Shown here piece by piece: positions 59,001 to 64,000 of a stretch of 64,000 bases of DNA. The position numbers and the translations under genes are program-made. Position 1 is the first letter of the stretch. The number at the start of each line of letters is the position of its first letter. Source of the DNA: Macrostomum lignano. Its lineage: Eukaryota. Below the pieces are notes generated by a model. That model saw nothing but the letters and a program-made list of their open reading frames with translations, was not told the origin of the DNA and searched no databases. The stretch lies in contig NIVC01000012.1 of assembly GCA_002269645.1 (NCBI GenBank), positions 744,001 through 808,000 of the forward strand. The letters are read 5' to 3'.

Positions 59001-62000
59001 GCGTTCAGCGTCTCAGCAGCAACTGGCGCCATTGTGGCCGAGAAGATGCCGGACAGGGAATTCTTGGAGACATACTATCTGCTGGAGAAGGCGTGCGACG
59101 GAGGCACACCGAGCCTGTGCTCTAGCAAACTGTTCACCATAGTGATTTCGGGTGAGAAGTTAATTTTCCTAACCAGCTACAAACAATCTAAGTAACCACT
59201 CCCTGTGTTCTATTTTGCCTTGGATCCTGTGAGCTGTCTCAGGAGGAAATAGATCTTTTTTCCACGACTTGAAGCATCCTTTGTGCCCTATTGTGAGTGC
59301 AATAGCAACTTGTCTGTATCTGTATGTTTTCCTACATCCTAAATTGAGGTACGTGTTGCTCCAAAAAACCCGCTCACGCTTGAGGAATGTACTTTTGTAA
59401 ATGCTCTCCAGATTCTTCAGCTTTAATTAATCGGCTACAGGTAGATATCTGTTTTACATCTCCCTGTGTAGTATAAGCCACTTCAGATAGTCAATGGGAT
59501 TCGATCTGATTTGGCGTGAAAGAAAGACGGTAGGCGGCCAAGGTTAGATTTCACTCCACTTACTGCTCAATTTAATCTCTCCGCTTCCTTGACGATGCGG
59601 CCTTCTTAACAACAAAGGGAATATATGAGCACACGTAGGAATATTGAACCAGTTCTAGGCCTCTTTGCGGAACGTGTGCGCTGGAAATCGAATCCTACTG
59701 GGCACTGCAGCATGCATGGACGGGCAAGGCTCATTCGAAATTCAGTCAGTATAACAGTGTGATGAATACACCTACCGCCTGCTTCTTCTCTCACGCACCT
59801 GTTTTGGAAGAAATTCTTGCCTGTACATAGGCACGAAAGGACTGAGCGATGCGCCTGCCTGGCCTCTTGTTTGCGATAGCTGCGACCTACGAGTGGATTT
59901 CTTGCCCGAAATTGGATTAGAAGTAAAGTACGACCGGTCTCTCTCTCCAGCCTCCCAGCAAGTCAGTCTCAACTTGCCTAACCTCTACACCCAAACTTGG
60001 GTGCGGTTGTCCGTTTTTTCATATTTTTCGTAGAAAAATCTGTCAGATTCTGCGAACCAGCTCCCGCTGTTTCCTCTGCTGGGGCAAAGTCTATCCCTGC
60101 CAACCTGCCTGCTGTGCGGTTGAGTGCAAATACGAAACCATCTGAAACCGTCGCTCCGCTCTAATCATCTATGCAGATCTCTAGGGATTAACGCGGCAGC
60201 TCGCAAAACGCATATGGGGAGAGAGAGACAGACGCGACGAGAAGGGAGAACTAAAGGCAGGAAGGGTAATGACGAGTGGAGATCAATAGCAACCCCGCCT
60301 GAGACCCCATGTGGCTAGCGGCGCACCGACAGATGATAATTACATTATTCTAAGAGATCCTCGGTCTGGAAAGCAAAGAATTCAAGCCAACCCGAGCATC
60401 TGTACTGATCAATTTCAGATGCAAATGACAACACCCCGAGCTTTGGTGTCTGCCCGAAAGAGGCGACAGTTTACGAGAATAGTCCGACCAACACTCTGGT
60501 GGCAACGCTGCCCGCCTCCGATAGAGACAAGGACGCGAATGCTCAGATTAGCCTGTACTCGCTAGTAACGGCTGATGGCGGAGCGTCCAGCGCTGGTGGA
60601 AAGTTTACAGGTATTTCAAAAAACTTTCGGAATATTATTTCTTGAAAAATAATTATTACTAACCAAGCAAGACTTGCTTCATGGTCAACAAGTGCTCTGA
60701 CGACAGGACAAATCTTGTCATTAGATGTGTCCTCGCTTTCTATTGAATCAAACTTTGCCTCCCCAAAACGTTATCAAATTTAAGTGGATTCTAACGGAAA
60801 CATCAAAACGTCAGCTTCGCTAGATCGGGAAGCCAAAGAGGTGTACCAGTTCTATATAACCGCAGTCGACAACGGCAGCCCATCGAAAAACACCGGCTCA
60901 TGTCTGCTAAACATCACCATATTGGACAGAAATGACAATGCGCCCGTATTTGGAGGACTTCCCATCACCGCCTGGGTGTCGGAGGATGCACCTGGAGGAA
61001 CCGTGTTTCACACTTTGTCGGTGACTGACGCAGATATTGGCATCAATGCGGAGCTAGAGTTTAGTATTGTACACTTTACGCCAGCCAATAGTTTCACCGT
61101 GAGCAATGCCGGTCAACTGTCACTGTTTTCCGGTGGTCTTCTCGACCGAGAGACTCATCCGTCGTACAATATTACTGTACTGGTGGCTGACCGAGGCACA
61201 GCAGATGGAGTGCAAACGGCAACCACCACCGTCAGCATTAATATTGGCGATGTGAACGATAATACGCCGACATTTGGCTCTGTGCCAGTTTCTCGAAGCG
61301 TACCAGAGAATAGCGTCGTTGACTTCAATGTTGGAGCGCCTGTTCTGGCCAGCGATCCGGATAGCGGTGAAAATGCGTCGCTCACTTACAAAATCGATGC
61401 GGTGTTGGTGCCTACGAGTGGCGGCGACTACTTCAAAATTCATCCAACAAGCGGTGAGTACATTAGATCCGTAAATACAGCCACGTAAATTCATCAGTAT
61501 TCTAGCTAATAGAGCAACTGTAGCACTTAAAAATTGGCAAAGCATCTATTTTTAATCTTCCTAACCCTAAGAATGCTTTGGATCTTAATAAATGAAGATT
61601 AGGAGATGGATTTCCTACAAAATGGAAGTGGAGCTCATGAAAGTAGCTCGAAAAGCAACGGGGACCAAACCGACTGATGTCCCCTCCTTTTGCTCTGGGG
61701 ATTTCACGTCGACAAGTTGTCGAGTGCGGTCGATATGTTCTGGAGCCTTACGAGCACCCCTTAGATCTCCTTCTTTACAATATTCTCGACTCTTACAATG
61801 ACTCTTGTTTTAATTCTTGACAGGTCAAATCCAAGTGAAAGTTGGTTCCCTAGATCGAGAAGCTTGGGACACCTATCAGCTGCGACTATTGGCCATAGAC
61901 AATGGCATAGCTCTGAAGAGAACTGGCACTGGCACAGTCACAATAATTATTACCGACGTTAATGATAATCCACCGGTGTTTACGGCAACTTATGACACTG

Positions 62001-62474
62001 GCATATCCGTTACCGAGAACTCGCCTGCAGGTACTAAAGTTGTGACGTTCACCACAACTGACCGCGACATTGGCGACAACGCTATTGCCCTGTATCGAAT
62101 TGATTCAACCAGATTGAATGGATCATTGGCTGCTAGTTACTTTCAGGTCTGTTTCTGCCATTGAATAGTTCCTATTATAGTTGTTTTAAGCATACACCAT
62201 TTTCACCATTGGCTGCTGATACTCCGTAGATATCGGACTTATAAGACAAAAACACTGCACTGAAATTTCAGCTAAACGCAACATCCGGAATCCTGACTGT
62301 GAAAACTCCAATAGACAGGGAAACCTACGCGTCATTGGAATTTTATGTCATCGCCGAGGACAAAGGCAGCCCGGTGCAGACGGCGTCGACGCGAGCAGTA
62401 GTCACTGTCAACGATGTTAACGACAATGCGCCAACGTTTGCTAAAACTTTCATCAGCACTGAGATGGCTTACAA
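47090..62474 (+). CDS. Giant non-classical cadherin (Fat/Dachsous/CDH23-like), first 24 coding exons, incomplete at the 3' end
   Basis: Exons: 47090-47162, 48286-48556, 48678-48924, 49094-49507, 49815-50055, 50123-50359, 50533-50735, 51214-51445, 51853-52203, 53622-53870, 53959-54101, 54177-54250, 54335-54444, 54647-55036, 55947-56209, 56293-56562, 57001-57319, 57543-57871, 58291-58546, 58858-59151, 60419-60610, 60785-61453, 61824-62146, 62272-62474. All phases are compatible (6353 nt). Signal-peptide-like N-terminus (MIANMIKSYYWLIFYIVIFSFVGIDG); repeated LDYE/LDRE, AxDxD and DxNDNxP calcium-binding motifs; no transmembrane segment reached. Confidence 0.92.
47294..48120 (+). repeat. 41-bp minisatellite (GCCCATTGTGGTATCACCTGTTCGATAGATACCCAGTTATA), about 20 copies, in cadherin intron 1
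   Basis: Period of 41 (47294/47335/47376); contiguous with no spacers. Confidence 0.96.
55210..55830 (-). mobile_element. 5'-truncated, decayed LINE 3' end in a cadherin intron
   Basis: Minus-strand translation gives CPFCFFGVE, CKGSRLTYLG and ENVCQLVRYLIATG, paralleling CPFCEYDHE, DRLRYLG and SISWLIQFIRAT of the element at 7760-7925; both 3' ends contain GCTAAGTC. Confidence 0.5.
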
Positions 62475-64000
62475 GTGAGTGGCAGTGATTGTGTTTGCGT
62501 AATTCCCCATATGAGCACGTGTGGGAATTCTGCCGCGCCAGCACCCATGGAATCCCAGCAAACTAGCGGACTAGTGGTTCATCAATCAAGTTTTGAGGAG
62601 AGTCTGATTTATTATGCTGCCAAATGAAGCTCAGAAATGTTCTCTCTATTTTGTAGCCATCCAACTGTCTCCTACTAGTGTCTCATTTCCCTGCCCTCTC
62701 CTTGTCATCCCGAGCAGCTTCTCCAATACTCAATCAGTAGAGAAAGCAATCATTTTGGGAAGCAGAAGCTGCCTTTCCGCTGTCTCTAAACCCTTCCCCA
62801 AGCGGATGTCAGTTAGCTATTCAATATTTGGGACAAGAGCTTTACGGCCTCATAAGAGGGTTAAGAAGTGGAATAGAGATGAACTCGGCACGGGATGGAG
62901 CAGGCTCAACCAACCATTTCTTGGACCAGACCAACTCGCCTACCCCCTCGTGCCAGTCTCCCTCTTTCTTTTTTCCGATAAGTATGTATATTGATGCCAG
63001 AATAATAATAAATATATAATATATGAGCCATTATGAGTTATACATTAGAAGTAGCCAGGAAGCCAATGATGAAATCCTAGAGCTACTCTTCTTACTAGCT
63101 AGTAGATTGCCAGCTCTTACCAGAACTCGTATACTGTATACCTTCCTACAACCCCTCCCCTCCTCCTGGCCGGATGGTTGGGAAGTGAGTTAAGGGAAAA
63201 AATGACCCGGGGAATTCTTAGTGAAACAGAGGAATGGAAAGACTATAATACACTCCTGGACGGAAGGGATGGACTGCTCATCCAGCCGAGTCTAGCGAAG
63301 CTGAGTAGCGAAACTATTTATCGCGAAGAGGAGAGAAAAGATGGAAAGATGCGTCCTAAAGTGCAACAAGGACTGCATCCGGGCGGCGGTTGGGCAGTCT
63401 GCCTGCCTCCTTATGGAGTCATAAAAGGACGAAGATAATTGCGCCAACAACCAGGTTTGTAGATGTGTATATACTCTAGCCTAGCGGTTAGCAACCACTT
63501 GTCCGGAAAATGGGAATGGGCGCGATGCTGGATACGGATAATTAAAGCGTCTCATAGTTATTTATGAGAGTATTTGCTCTTGTCTGAGGGCTGTGCTCAG
63601 CCACTGTAAATGAGTCCGCTGCATTCGCGCCATGGGGGGACGACTATTAATAAATACTCAAATATGTTTGACTCCCTTGACAGCAACAGCGACGCATTTT
63701 AGGGTGAATTTAGGATGGTAAATTGACATCCAAGGGTGACATCGTAAGGAAGCAGCCTTCCTTGCCTGCACTTCCGCTAGACCCCTGATTCCTGACGCTC
63801 AAAGTAGCGCCCTGGCACCTTGACGCATAAAAGGGCAACCTTACACATGAAAATTGATGCAAATGATAACGCTAGCATGGGTACATGAGTAGGAGCACTT
63901 TATGTGAATCGTACCGCAGTGTCCGCCTTCACAACCTCTGAAAATTCGAGGTTCTGAAAGGTTATTCCTTTCGACGATGTGAACTTTATGAAACGCACTA

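Noticed and set aside
59200-60310. Possible decayed transposon in a cadherin intron
   Set aside because: No termini, TSD or recognisable protein motif found by eye; needs a library search.
62480-64000. Short ORFs after cadherin exon 24
   Set aside because: No cadherin motifs or phase-2-compatible exon identified; probably intron with unclassified repeat remnants.

Overview
Eukaryotic (metazoan, invertebrate-like) genomic DNA with spliceosomal introns; the organism cannot be fixed from sequence alone. Left to right: the first three coding exons of an SLCO/OATP transporter (minus strand, continues off the left edge); a decayed, apparently full-length APE-RT-RNaseH non-LTR retrotransposon (about 2765-8100) flanked by an imperfect target-site duplication; small decayed retroelement fragments; a 20.2-kb block (9883-30067) that looks like satellite DNA but resolves into four non-autonomous Helitrons joined exactly head-to-tail (CTAG|TC), each with a 5' microsatellite, a tRNA-like module and an internal 23-bp tandem array (two related subfamilies); a 20-bp satellite; three tandem two-exon TSPO paralogs (minus), the leftmost with a GC-AG intron containing a very young Ty3/Gypsy element inserted into the terminal inverted repeat of a MITE; several unrelated minisatellites; and the first 24 coding exons (about 2117 aa) of a giant, intron-rich non-classical cadherin (plus strand, continues off the right edge). 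Exon boundaries were read by hand from GT/GC-AG sites and frame continuity; no database search was run.
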